Source: an uncultured Clostridia bacterium
GTDB taxonomy: Bacteria > Bacillota > Clostridia > Christensenellales > CALVMC01
Direction: 5' to 3'
DNA length: 64,000 nucleotides
NCBI GenBank assembly: GCA_944342015.1
Contig: CALVMC010000003.1
Location: 88,708 to 152,707 of the forward strand
Shown: positions 21,481 to 31,708 of the stretch, in pieces
How the letters are laid out: each line of letters starts with the position of its first letter
How positions within the stretch are numbered: position 1 is the stretch's first letter
Position numbers and translations under genes: made by a program
Notes under the pieces: generated by a model
Told to the model about the DNA's origin: nothing
The model's database searches: none
What the model saw: the letters and a program-made list of their open reading frames with translations, nothing else

Positions 21481-22800
21481 TCACAATAAATATAAATTTT
21501 TACGGTTTTTAACCGCTTTCATAGCGTTCTTCGTATCGAACACTGCTTTTGCATTTTTTGCTACCATTTCGTAATCGACTTTTGTATGAGCGGTTGTAAC
21601 TATTACTATATCGTATTTTTTTACTGTTTCATCCGATATGTTTTTAAGTCCTTTAATGATTTTTCCGCTGTGTTTATACTCTAAAATATACGGGTCGTAG
21701 TAATCTACCTGTGCGCCTTTATTTCTCAGAATTTCGCCGACTACTATTGCGGGACTTTCCCTGTAATCGTCTATATCCTGTTTGTAGGCAACTCCAAGCT
21801 GTAATACTTTTGCGCCCTTTAAAGATTTTTCGAAAGAATTTAAAATTTCTGCCGTTCTGTCTACTGTATATTCGGGCATTTTATCGTTAATCATCATAGA
21901 AGATTCTATCATGGAAGTATGAAATCCGAACTCTCTTGCCTTCCACGAAAGATAATACGGATCGAGCGGTATACAGTGACCGCCAAGACCGGGTCCCGGA
22001 TAGAAAGCCTGAAAGCCGTAAGGCTTCGACTTTGCCGCATCTATTACTTCCCATATACTAATTTTCATTTTATGGCAAAGCTGAGCAAGTTCGTTAACTA
22101 AGCCAATATTTATATTGCGGTAGGTATTTTCAAGGATTTTTTCCATTTCCGCAACGGCAGGACTCGAAACTTCGTAAACATCGCTTGAAAGCACCGCTCT
22201 GTACATTGCCGCAATAACTTCCCTTGCGTCGTCTCCTATGGCTCCGACTACTTTCGGGGTATTTTTGGTCTTATAAATAAGGTTGCCGGGATCCACCCTT
22301 TCAGGACTGAACCCGAGATAAAAATCCTTTCCGCAAACAAGACCGCTTCCTTCTTCGAGTATCGGTTTTAAAAGTTCTTCGGTAGTTCCGGGATATGTGG
22401 TCGATTCGAGTACTACCATAGTACCTTTTTTAAGATATTTGGATACTGCAACAGCGCTGTCACGAACATAACTGATATCGGGTTGCTGATGAATATCGAG
22501 TGGCGTCGGAACGCAAATTGCGATAAAATCAACTTCTTTAATAAAAGAAAAATCGGAAGTCGCTTTAAGCATTCCGCTTTTAACTATTTCCGCAAGGTCT
22601 TCGTTTACCACATCGCCTATGTAATTTTGTCCCTTATTTACCATATCGACTTTTTGAGCCTGTACATCGAAGCCGGTGGTTTTAAAACCTGCTTTGGCTT
22701 TTTCCACCGCCAAAGGAAGTCCTACATATCCTAAGCCGACAACGCCGACTTTTATAGTCTTATTTTGAATTTTTTCTAAAAGTTCGTTTTTCAGTCCCAT
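21481..22800 (-). CDS. Nucleotide-sugar 6-dehydrogenase, WbpA-like
   Basis: GLGYVGLP, ICVPTP, ESTTYPGTT, SPERVDPGN, GGHCIPLDP, DYRESP. Confidence 0.93.
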   Translation of the reverse strand: MGLKNELLEKIQNKTIKVGVVGLGYVGLPLAVEKAKAGFKTTGFDVQAQKVDMVNKGQNYIGDVVNEDLAEIVKSGMLKATSDFSFIKEVDFIAICVPTPLDIHQQPDISYVRDSAVAVSKYLKKGTMVVLESTTYPGTTEELLKPILEEGSGLVCGKDFYLGFSPERVDPGNLIYKTKNTPKVVGAIGDDAREVIAAMYRAVLSSDVYEVSSPAVAEMEKILENTYRNINIGLVNELAQLCHKMKISIWEVIDAAKSKPYGFQAFYPGPGLGGHCIPLDPYYLSWKAREFGFHTSMIESSMMINDKMPEYTVDRTAEILNSFEKSLKGAKVLQLGVAYKQDIDDYRESPAIVVGEILRNKGAQVDYYDPYILEYKHSGKIIKGLKNISDETVKKYDIVIVTTAHTKVDYEMVAKNAKAVFDTKNAMKAVKNRKNLYLL

Positions 22801-23369
22801 TATTCTCTTACGACTACTCCTTCGCTTGATTTATATTTTTTACCGCATTTACATTCTGCGTAATTCTTATTGAAAGTTAATTTTTCTCCGCATTCGCAAA
22901 CATAACCTTTTACTGACGCCGGATTTCCGTATACAACCGCATAATCGGGCACATTCTTCGTAACGACGCTGCCTGCTCCGATTAAAGCATATTTTCCTAT
23001 CTCGTTCCCGCAGATTATTGTACTGTTTGCTCCTACGCTCGCTCCTTCTTTTAAAAGTGTTTTTCTGTATTCGTTTTTCCTGTTTACTGCGCTTCTCGGA
23101 TTAATTACATTGGTAAAAACACAACTAGGCCCTAAAAACACATTATCTTCGCAAACGACTCCGTCATAAAGAGAAACATTATTTTGTATCTTCACATTTT
23201 TGCCGAGTCTCACACCTGAGGCTATAAAAACATTTTGCCCTATGTTGCAATTTTCGCCTATTGCGCAATCTTTCATGATATGACAAAAATGCCATATCTT
23301 ACTTCCTTTCCCGATAACGCAAGGCTTGTCTATAAAACTTGATTTGTGAACAAAATATTCTTTTTTCAT
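22800..23369 (-). CDS. Hexapeptide-repeat N-acetyltransferase, WbpD/WlbB-like
   Basis: KIWHFCHI, IGQNV, KIQNNVS, FTNVINPRS, C-terminal CECG...CKCG. Confidence 0.9.
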   Translation of the reverse strand: MKKEYFVHKSSFIDKPCVIGKGSKIWHFCHIMKDCAIGENCNIGQNVFIASGVRLGKNVKIQNNVSLYDGVVCEDNVFLGPSCVFTNVINPRSAVNRKNEYRKTLLKEGASVGANSTIICGNEIGKYALIGAGSVVTKNVPDYAVVYGNPASVKGYVCECGEKLTFNKNYAECKCGKKYKSSEGVVVRE

Positions 23370-23370
23370 A

Positions 23371-25788
23371 TCAGTCTTTTTTATTTATATTATAAAAAGC
23401 GTTTGCGATTTTGTCAACATCGCTCTTTTTAAGATAGGGGTGCATCGGTATACTGAAAACAGTTTTACAAAGTTTAGTAGAGACTTCAAGTTCTTCTTCT
23501 TTAAAAGGTGTATTTTTAAAAGCTGTTTGCAAATGCATAGGTATAGGATAGTAAATCATAGCGGGAATTTTCTGTTCTTTTAACTTTGCTATTATTTCCT
23601 TCCTTTGCTCTTCGGTTTCTGCAATCAAAGTAAACTGGGCAAAACTGCTTGTAAACCCTTCCGGAATAACGGGCACTTTGAATTTCCCGTTCAGCTTTTC
23701 AGAATACATTTTTGCTATTTCCTGTCTTTTTTGAAGTTCGTATTTTTTAAATGCTTCAAGCTTAACTTTAAGAACCGCAGCCTGAACTGTATCGAGCCTT
23801 GAATTGTAACCGATTCTTACATTATCGTATTTAAAACCACCTTTGCCGTGGACTGCAAGAGAAGAGGCAAGTTTATAGTATTCCTCGCTGTCTGTAAATA
23901 TCGCTCCGCCGTCACCGTAACATCCGAGCGGTTTTGCCGGGAAAAAGGAAGTTGTGGAAATATCCCCGAAAGAACAAGCTCTTTTGCCGTTTATCGCTCC
24001 TCCGAAGCCTTGCGCTCCGTCTTCGATTATTTTAAGAGAGTACTTTTCGGCTACCTTTTTTATTTCAGGATAATTTGCGGGAAGTCCGAAAAGATCTACG
24101 GTAATTACACATTTGGGTTTTAATTTTCCTTCATTGATAACTCTTTTTATTGCGTTATCGAGTTTTTCGGGATCGATATTAAAAGTTCTTTCGTCAACAT
24201 CTACAAAGATACATTCAGCACCTTCGAGAGCCGGCGTTTCCGCCGTCGCAAAAAAGGTAAAATCGGGAACGAAAACAGCGTCTCCCTTTCCTACTTCCAA
24301 GCACCTTAATGCTATGGTAAGTGCGTCGGTACCGTTTGCGCAAGTTACACAGTATTTACTTCCCACATATTCGCATAAACTTGAAGTAAGTTCTTTAACT
24401 TCCTTTCCGCTTATAAAATCCCCTCTTTTAAGTACCTTTTTTATGCCTTTATCTATATCGCTTTTTAAAAACTTATATTGTTTTTTCAAATCAATAAATT
24501 CCATAGTTTTTCCGCCTTCTTTTTTGTTTTTACAAGAGCAAGCATAATTTATGACTTGTTCGAATTTATCTGTTAACTTTTCAAAATCAAAGTCTTTTGC
24601 TCCGTTTTGTGCGTTTATACACATTTGGTTATATTCGTTTTTATCCATATCGTAAAATTTTTGAATTGCGTCAGCCACGCATTCAGGCGTTTGATTTTCA
24701 AGAGACATTCCGCATTTATATTTTTCGATATAATCATAATTTACTTTAAGAGTAGACAAAATAGGTTTTCCTGCATTCATATAATCGAATAATTTATTCC
24801 AGCTTGTTCCGTATTTCGATATTCCTGTCTGTCTTACGGTAACGATATTCAAATCCGCTTTCGATAAAATATAAGGAATATACTTTTTATCTATTCTTCC
24901 TTTAAAAACAATATTCTTCAAATTATTGTCGGCGCATTTCTTTTCCAATTCTTCTTTTTGAGTTCCGTCGCCGTAAATTAAAAATTTTATTTTATCATTA
25001 TTTCTTTTATACAACTCTTTTGCTGTATCGACAAGCAATCCTACATCATTAACTTCCCTTATCGAACCCGTGTAAACTACTTTAAATTTATCGCTGCTTA
25101 AATCCTCGTCTTCTATCGTAAACTCTTTCTTTTGTTTTTCTTGAAGTGCGGTATCTATTCCGTTATTGATATTAAAAATTTTATCGAGATTCACTTTGTT
25201 CTGCCATTTTTTATCTATTATGTATTGCCTGCCGCCCTCCATAGTATATACCAAAGCCGAAGCCCTTTTATATATTAACTTTTCGAGAAAATAAAGCCCT
25301 TTTATAACGGGATTATTTTCCGATATGTTTTTATATTCGACAATGGATAACGGCCATAAATCTCTTACTTCCACAACGCAAGGAACTTTCATTTTTCTTG
25401 CTAGTATCTCCGCTTGCCATGCGGTGAATAAATCAGGAGTGGAAGTATAAATTATATCGGGTTTTTCTTTTTTATATGCTTTCTTTATTTTTCTGATACT
25501 GAAAGCAAACCCGAGCATATTTTTTATTCTGCCTAAGCCGTTCCCTTTATATTGCGAAGATTTAATATATGTATAAGTTAAACCGTCTGCGTCCGCTTCT
25601 TTGAAAAGACATTTTGCATCGTCTTTTATAATATTAATATCGGTATTATGAATTGCGGAAGATGTGAAAACTCTGACATTATATCCTTTCTCTATCAGTT
25701 TTTTAGTAAAAAAATAATGTCTGCAAAGTCCGCCCTGGGACGGCGTAAGAGCATAGTGATTTATTATCCAAACGGTTTTCTTACTCAT
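23371..25788 (-). CDS. Fused GT4 glycosyltransferase (N-terminal) and DegT/WbpE-like PLP aminotransferase (C-terminal, from Met at 24504)
   Basis: N-half EVRDLWP, YTGSI, NKLFDYM; C-half MEFIDLKKQY, CANGTDAL, IEDGAQ, SFFPAKPLGCYGDGG, NSRLD; one uninterrupted 805-aa frame. Confidence 0.85.
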   Translation of the reverse strand: MSKKTVWIINHYALTPSQGGLCRHYFFTKKLIEKGYNVRVFTSSAIHNTDINIIKDDAKCLFKEADADGLTYTYIKSSQYKGNGLGRIKNMLGFAFSIRKIKKAYKKEKPDIIYTSTPDLFTAWQAEILARKMKVPCVVEVRDLWPLSIVEYKNISENNPVIKGLYFLEKLIYKRASALVYTMEGGRQYIIDKKWQNKVNLDKIFNINNGIDTALQEKQKKEFTIEDEDLSSDKFKVVYTGSIREVNDVGLLVDTAKELYKRNNDKIKFLIYGDGTQKEELEKKCADNNLKNIVFKGRIDKKYIPYILSKADLNIVTVRQTGISKYGTSWNKLFDYMNAGKPILSTLKVNYDYIEKYKCGMSLENQTPECVADAIQKFYDMDKNEYNQMCINAQNGAKDFDFEKLTDKFEQVINYACSCKNKKEGGKTMEFIDLKKQYKFLKSDIDKGIKKVLKRGDFISGKEVKELTSSLCEYVGSKYCVTCANGTDALTIALRCLEVGKGDAVFVPDFTFFATAETPALEGAECIFVDVDERTFNIDPEKLDNAIKRVINEGKLKPKCVITVDLFGLPANYPEIKKVAEKYSLKIIEDGAQGFGGAINGKRACSFGDISTTSFFPAKPLGCYGDGGAIFTDSEEYYKLASSLAVHGKGGFKYDNVRIGYNSRLDTVQAAVLKVKLEAFKKYELQKRQEIAKMYSEKLNGKFKVPVIPEGFTSSFAQFTLIAETEEQRKEIIAKLKEQKIPAMIYYPIPMHLQTAFKNTPFKEEELEVSTKLCKTVFSIPMHPYLKKSDVDKIANAFYNINKKD

Positions 25789-26596
25789 TATTATTCTCCG
25801 ATATTGTTGTAACTTCTGTTTTTTTTATCTCGTTATCATTTGACTTTTTAGCACTTTTTATATTTTTGATTTTTAAAACAATAGTTTTATAATATTCTTT
25901 TCTTGATTTTTTATTTGATATTATTTCTTTTGAAAAACCTACTTTTTCATTATATTCATTTTCCGTTATATCGCCTTTTCTTAAAAGATAGTCTCCGTAA
26001 TCTTCGGAAGTCTCCATGCCCTCTGTTGCAATATCTTCGCTTTTAAGAACTTTTCCTACCGTTTTAAAAATGATTTTTATATCGGTTGCAAATTTTACTG
26101 AATTTACATATTCTATATCGAAAGCAAATCTTTCTTCCCATAAAATATTGTTTCTGCCGTTAACCTGTGCGCTGCCTGTAAGTCCCGGTCTTACGCTTTG
26201 CCTTAAAATAACGCTGTCATCGAAAAAAACCATATCTTTAACAAGCTGGGGACGTGGTCCTACTATGCTCATCTGTCCTAACAAAATATTAAATAATTCG
26301 GGAAGTTCATCGATTGAAAGACTGCGAAGTTTTTTCCCGAAGCCCGTCATTCTTTTTTCGTCGGGAAGAAGATTACCGTCCTTGTCTTTTGCGTTAGTCA
26401 TAGTACGGTATTTTATGAGTTTAAATATTTTTCCGTTTTTGCCGGGTCTTTTCTGAACAAAGAAAGGATTACCTCTCATTGCTATTGCAACTATGGGCGT
26501 AAAAATAAGAAAAAAAGGACTTAAAATAATAATCCCTAAACAGCTTAAAATAAAATCAAATAACGGTTTAAAAAAATTTTTATACATTGTTTTCAC
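25781..26596 (-). CDS. Initiating phosphoglycosyl (sugar) transferase, PglC/EpsL-like
   Basis: FKLIKYRTM, LPDEKR, SIDELPEL, GPRP, RPGLTG, WEERF...D.EY. Confidence 0.92.
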   Translation of the reverse strand: MKTMYKNFFKPLFDFILSCLGIIILSPFFLIFTPIVAIAMRGNPFFVQKRPGKNGKIFKLIKYRTMTNAKDKDGNLLPDEKRMTGFGKKLRSLSIDELPELFNILLGQMSIVGPRPQLVKDMVFFDDSVILRQSVRPGLTGSAQVNGRNNILWEERFAFDIEYVNSVKFATDIKIIFKTVGKVLKSEDIATEGMETSEDYGDYLLRKGDITENEYNEKVGFSKEIISNKKSRKEYYKTIVLKIKNIKSAKKSNDNEIKKTEVTTISENNNE

Positions 26597-27447
26597 TCTT
26601 TTTGAGATTGTTTGCTGTATTCATCTAATTTTAATAAACTTCCGATATTATATAGCAATTTATTTTTCGAATTAATGAATATAGACTTAAAAGGTTTAAG
26701 TATAGCCAATGTAATTTTAATATACCACTTATATACCATTTTCATTTTACAATAAACTAGTCTAAATTCAAAATTTTTACATAAAAATTTTTGATAATTT
26801 GTTATATGTTTAATATTCCTTGCTCCATCACTTATATAAATTAAATGTTTACTATCCATAAAATATTTTAATATTCCGTCAATAATTGCACAAGAAGAAT
26901 TTCTTTTATAAGTTAATGGATCTATGCTGACTACATTTAACAATATTCCCCCATTACCGACATCGGTTATTATTGAGTAGCCATTAAGCATATTTGAATC
27001 TTTGTCGAATAGTCCAAAAAAAATATTATTTTCATTTAATTTGCTTTTTACATATTCCAATTTGTCATCACTAAGTTTTGTCCTGTAAGATGCGGGATAT
27101 TCTTGAAATTTTTTAGAATCTATTTCATAAATTTCATTAACATAATTTAACGGATCGAATATTTTGATATCGAAAAATTTTCTTCCTTTATTTATTTCGT
27201 ATCGAGTTTTCGAATTTAATAAGTTTATGTCATATATATCATCTTTTATGCAATACCACCATGAAGTTTCATTACCGCAATCATAATCATAAATATATTG
27301 ACCAAACAATGCTTTGCTTTTTTTAAATTTTTTTTTAAATTCGCTCTCATAAGGTAAAATATGCGGAGCCTCATTTACCAACATACAATGTTGGTAAATT
27401 CGTGTTTTGAAATTTTCTGTTTTTAATTGATTATATTTACAAAACAT
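26593..27447 (-). CDS. Hypothetical polysaccharide-locus protein, possibly GNAT/FemAB-like acyltransferase
   Basis: WWYCIKD, SKTRYEINKG (FemAB-like RxxIxK pattern), YISDGARNIKH; fold assignment is inference. Confidence 0.5.
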   Translation of the reverse strand: MFCKYNQLKTENFKTRIYQHCMLVNEAPHILPYESEFKKKFKKSKALFGQYIYDYDCGNETSWWYCIKDDIYDINLLNSKTRYEINKGRKFFDIKIFDPLNYVNEIYEIDSKKFQEYPASYRTKLSDDKLEYVKSKLNENNIFFGLFDKDSNMLNGYSIITDVGNGGILLNVVSIDPLTYKRNSSCAIIDGILKYFMDSKHLIYISDGARNIKHITNYQKFLCKNFEFRLVYCKMKMVYKWYIKITLAILKPFKSIFINSKNKLLYNIGSLLKLDEYSKQSQKE

Positions 27448-28584
27448 TTAAATTCCTTTTTCCGATAAGATTACTTTATTAACTACATTACTTACACATT
27501 CTACTTGACCTTCCGTCATTTTTGTATCACTTGGAAGACAAACGCTTTTGTTAAAAATAGTTTCACTTATACTCCCGTTTTTTGCCGATGTAAAAAATTC
27601 GCAATTTCTGAATATTGGTTGTAAATGCATAGGTTTCCATGCTGGTCTGCTTTCTACATCATTTTTTTGCAATTCATTGATTATATCCATAAAATTTACT
27701 TTGCATTTATCATTTAATTTTATAACAGTTAACCAATTATTAGGATCAGAATCTTTAGATTCTGGCATGAAAGTTATATATTTATTATCTTTAAAAAATT
27801 TTTTGTATAGTTTATTAATATTTTTTTTCTGTTTAACCCTTTCTTCAATAACTTCTAATTGCCCTCTTCCGATTCCTGCACAAATATTGCTTAAACGATA
27901 ATTATAGCCGACTTCTTTATGTTCGTACCAAGGAAACGGCTCTCGAGATTGCGTTGCCCAAAATAAAACTTTTTGTTTTATTTCTTCATTATCGCACATT
28001 AACATGCCGCCACCGCTTGTCGTGATAATTTTATTCCCGTTAAAAGAAAAAATTGATATGTCCCCAAAATTTCCAGTTTGTTTATTCAAATATTTTGAGC
28101 CTAAACTTTCTGCAGAATCTTCTAAAACAGGAGTGTTATGTTCCTTTGCTATTTTTAATATTTCTTTATAATTAGCCGGTGCTCCATATAAATTTACTGT
28201 TATCAAAGCTTTCGGAAACGGATATTTTTTATAAGCTTTTTTTAAAGCTTCGGGATCCATATTCCAAGTTTCATTATCGCTATCTATAAATACAGGTCTT
28301 GCTCCTAAATAGAGAACCGGATTGCAACTTCCGCTAAATGTAAAAGAAGAACAGAATACTATATCATCTTCTTTTACTCCTAAAATTTTTAAGCCCATGT
28401 GAATTGCCGCTGTACCGCTCGATAAAGCAACCGCACTAGTTCTTCCTATGAATTGACACATTTCTTTTTCAAACATCGTAACATTGTTTCCTAATGGTGC
28501 AATCCAATTTGTATCAAATGCTTCGTGAATATATTTCATTTCATTACCACTCATATGTGGCGAACTTAAATAAATTTTAGCCAT
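27448..28584 (-). CDS. DegT family aminotransferase, PglE/EpsN-like
   Basis: IYLSSPHM, NWIAPLG, SSGTAAIH, EDSAESLG, SFNGNKIITTSGGG, GYNYRLSN. Confidence 0.92.
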   Translation of the reverse strand: MAKIYLSSPHMSGNEMKYIHEAFDTNWIAPLGNNVTMFEKEMCQFIGRTSAVALSSGTAAIHMGLKILGVKEDDIVFCSSFTFSGSCNPVLYLGARPVFIDSDNETWNMDPEALKKAYKKYPFPKALITVNLYGAPANYKEILKIAKEHNTPVLEDSAESLGSKYLNKQTGNFGDISIFSFNGNKIITTSGGGMLMCDNEEIKQKVLFWATQSREPFPWYEHKEVGYNYRLSNICAGIGRGQLEVIEERVKQKKNINKLYKKFFKDNKYITFMPESKDSDPNNWLTVIKLNDKCKVNFMDIINELQKNDVESRPAWKPMHLQPIFRNCEFFTSAKNGSISETIFNKSVCLPSDTKMTEGQVECVSNVVNKVILSEKGI

Positions 28585-28604
28585 ATTAATCCTATATTTT
28601 AAAC

Positions 28605-28633
28605 ATTATAACACAATAAAAAAAGTCAGTCAA
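28605..28633 (-). promoter_or_regulatory. Sigma-A promoter of the polysaccharide operon
   Basis: TTGACT-N17-TATAAT with TGn extension on the minus strand. Confidence 0.7.
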
Positions 28634-28649
28634 TTGTGAAAGGAAAACA

Positions 28650-28675
28650 AAAAGGACCGCTGTTGCGGTCCTTTT
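28650..28675 (-). terminator. Intrinsic terminator of the collagen-like gene
   Basis: AAAAGGACCGC-TGTT-GCGGTCCTTTT. Confidence 0.8.
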
Positions 28676-28689
28676 CAAAAAAGTTGTTT

Positions 28690-29796
<1,107 letters not shown>

Positions 29797-29970
29797 TTTT
29801 TTCTCCTTTAAATTGAATATATTAATAGGAAACCATCTATCCCTATATTCAGCATATTAAATTTTTTTAAAATTTGTTAATGAAATAAAAAAATACCGTG
29901 AAAACGGTATTATTTAAATTTAAGTATAATTAAAATATTTTAATAATTTATTTAAGATTATTTAAACTTA

Positions 29971-30486
29971 TTATATTTTAAACTTACCGGTACTTCCGAA
30001 TCCGCCGTTTCTTATACCGGAAGCGCTGTCGGACTCCGTAATTCCGAAAGGAATAAAAACTCCCTGTACAAAAGCTTCAGAGCAATTTATATTTAGAATT
30101 TTATCCGATTCGTTTGTGATTTTTATTATAATGTGTCCTTCGTTATCGCTGTTAAAGTAATCGGAATCGATAATGCCGACAGTGTTATCTAACTTCAATT
30201 TAAATTTATTGCCTAACCCGCTTTTAGGAAAACAAGCAAGAAACCAACCTTCTTGAATAAAAGCTCTTACTCCGGTAAAAATTTTTATACTTTCGCAAGG
30301 ATTCAAAGTAAATTCGTATGGAGCAAAAAAATCGTACCCGCAAGAACCTTTTGTGGCACGAACAGGAAGTATTATATTTTTATAAAACTCCTTTATTTTT
30401 TCCACGTCAAAAGAATTGTCGTATTCTGATAAATCTTTTACGAATATATTTTCCGAAACCTTTAAAAACTCAGCTATTCTTCTCAA
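29971..30486 (-). CDS. dut: Trimeric dUTPase
   Basis: RATKGSCGYDF, KSGLG, GIIDSDY, QGVF, RNGGFGSTG. Confidence 0.9.
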   Translation of the reverse strand: MRRIAEFLKVSENIFVKDLSEYDNSFDVEKIKEFYKNIILPVRATKGSCGYDFFAPYEFTLNPCESIKIFTGVRAFIQEGWFLACFPKSGLGNKFKLKLDNTVGIIDSDYFNSDNEGHIIIKITNESDKILNINCSEAFVQGVFIPFGITESDSASGIRNGGFGSTGKFKI

Positions 30487-31690
30487 AGCCTGCCTCCTTG
30501 AAGTTAAGTTTATTAAAAATATCGAGATAATCTTTTTTGGAAAAGATTACGGGCGACGGATATAAAGGATTGGATTCTTGGAAAGCGTGAGCTGCCATTT
30601 GTTTAAACTCGCTTTCGTTCAGTTTGAACTTATCTTCTATATCGAGCTTGAAGTTCAGTTCTTCAATATACTGAATAAATTTTTCGGCTTTGATATCCGG
30701 CAAGGCTGATTTTTCGGCAAGGGAAATGTAATCGGCAATTTCTGAAAGTTTCTGATAAGCCTTAGCGCCGTATTTTCTGAGAACCAAGGGAAGAGTTGCA
30801 GCGCAGGCAACACCGTGCGGAACTGAGGCAAAGCCTCCTACCGAATGGGCGGCAGCATGAACCGGTCCTACATAAGCCCGTGTAAAAGCCAGACCTGCAT
30901 AGAAAGAAGCGTAAAGCATGTTTTTATAATTATCATCGGTAGCCTCCCCGTTATAAACAGATAAAAGATTTTCAGAAATCAATTTAATGGATTTTAGGGC
31001 GCACTCGTCTGTAAAAGGGGTACCGCTTTTACCTATATAAGCTTCAACGGCATGAGTTAAAGCGTCCATTCCGGAAGAAGCTGTAATTCTTTGGGAAAGA
31101 TTAGAAATGAGTCTGAAATCCAAAAGCGCATAAGACGGAATAAGAGCGGTATCGATAATACTGTACTTGTCTTTGTTTTTTCTGTTGATTATCACGGAAG
31201 CCGCAGTGGCTTCGCTGCCTGTCCCTGCGGTTGTGGGAACGGCGATAAATAAAGGAAGTTTTTTTCTGACTTTCAGAATGCCTCTGAGATTTTTAATATC
31301 CTTACCCGTAGCTGCAACTGCCATAATGGCTTTTGCGCAGTCTATAACGGAACCGCCGCCTATGGCGATAACCGACTTGCAATTTTTCTCCTTAAAAAAT
31401 TTTGCTCCTTTTTCGACAAGGACGGTATCGGGGTCGGAAGTGGTTTCGCAAAAAGTCTCGAAAGGGATTTTTTTATCGTGCAGCTGAGAAATAAGTTCGT
31501 TAAAAAAAGGTTGTTGGCTGACGGTTTTTCCGGAAACGATTAAAACCGGGAAAGCATTCTTTTCTTTTAATATCTCGGTAGCGTCCTGAAAATTGTTTAA
31601 AATCTGAGGCTTCGGCCATTTAATACATTTTGCTAAAATTTTTAAAAAAAACTGATATGTTCTGCAATAAGCTTTAAAAAAACAATTCAT
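30470..31690 (-). CDS. Iron-containing alcohol dehydrogenase
   Basis: GGGSVIDCAK, PTTAGTGSE, DALTHAVE, HAAAH, HG. Confidence 0.92.
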   Translation of the reverse strand: MNCFFKAYCRTYQFFLKILAKCIKWPKPQILNNFQDATEILKEKNAFPVLIVSGKTVSQQPFFNELISQLHDKKIPFETFCETTSDPDTVLVEKGAKFFKEKNCKSVIAIGGGSVIDCAKAIMAVAATGKDIKNLRGILKVRKKLPLFIAVPTTAGTGSEATAASVIINRKNKDKYSIIDTALIPSYALLDFRLISNLSQRITASSGMDALTHAVEAYIGKSGTPFTDECALKSIKLISENLLSVYNGEATDDNYKNMLYASFYAGLAFTRAYVGPVHAAAHSVGGFASVPHGVACAATLPLVLRKYGAKAYQKLSEIADYISLAEKSALPDIKAEKFIQYIEELNFKLDIEDKFKLNESEFKQMAAHAFQESNPLYPSPVIFSKKDYLDIFNKLNFKEAGFEKNS

Positions 31691-31708
31691 AACTTCCCCA
31701 CCCTTGAA

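Noticed and set aside
27315-27340. Poly-A/T runs in polysaccharide genes as phase-variation tracts
   Set aside because: Runs of this length are common in this AT-rich DNA and the frames are intact
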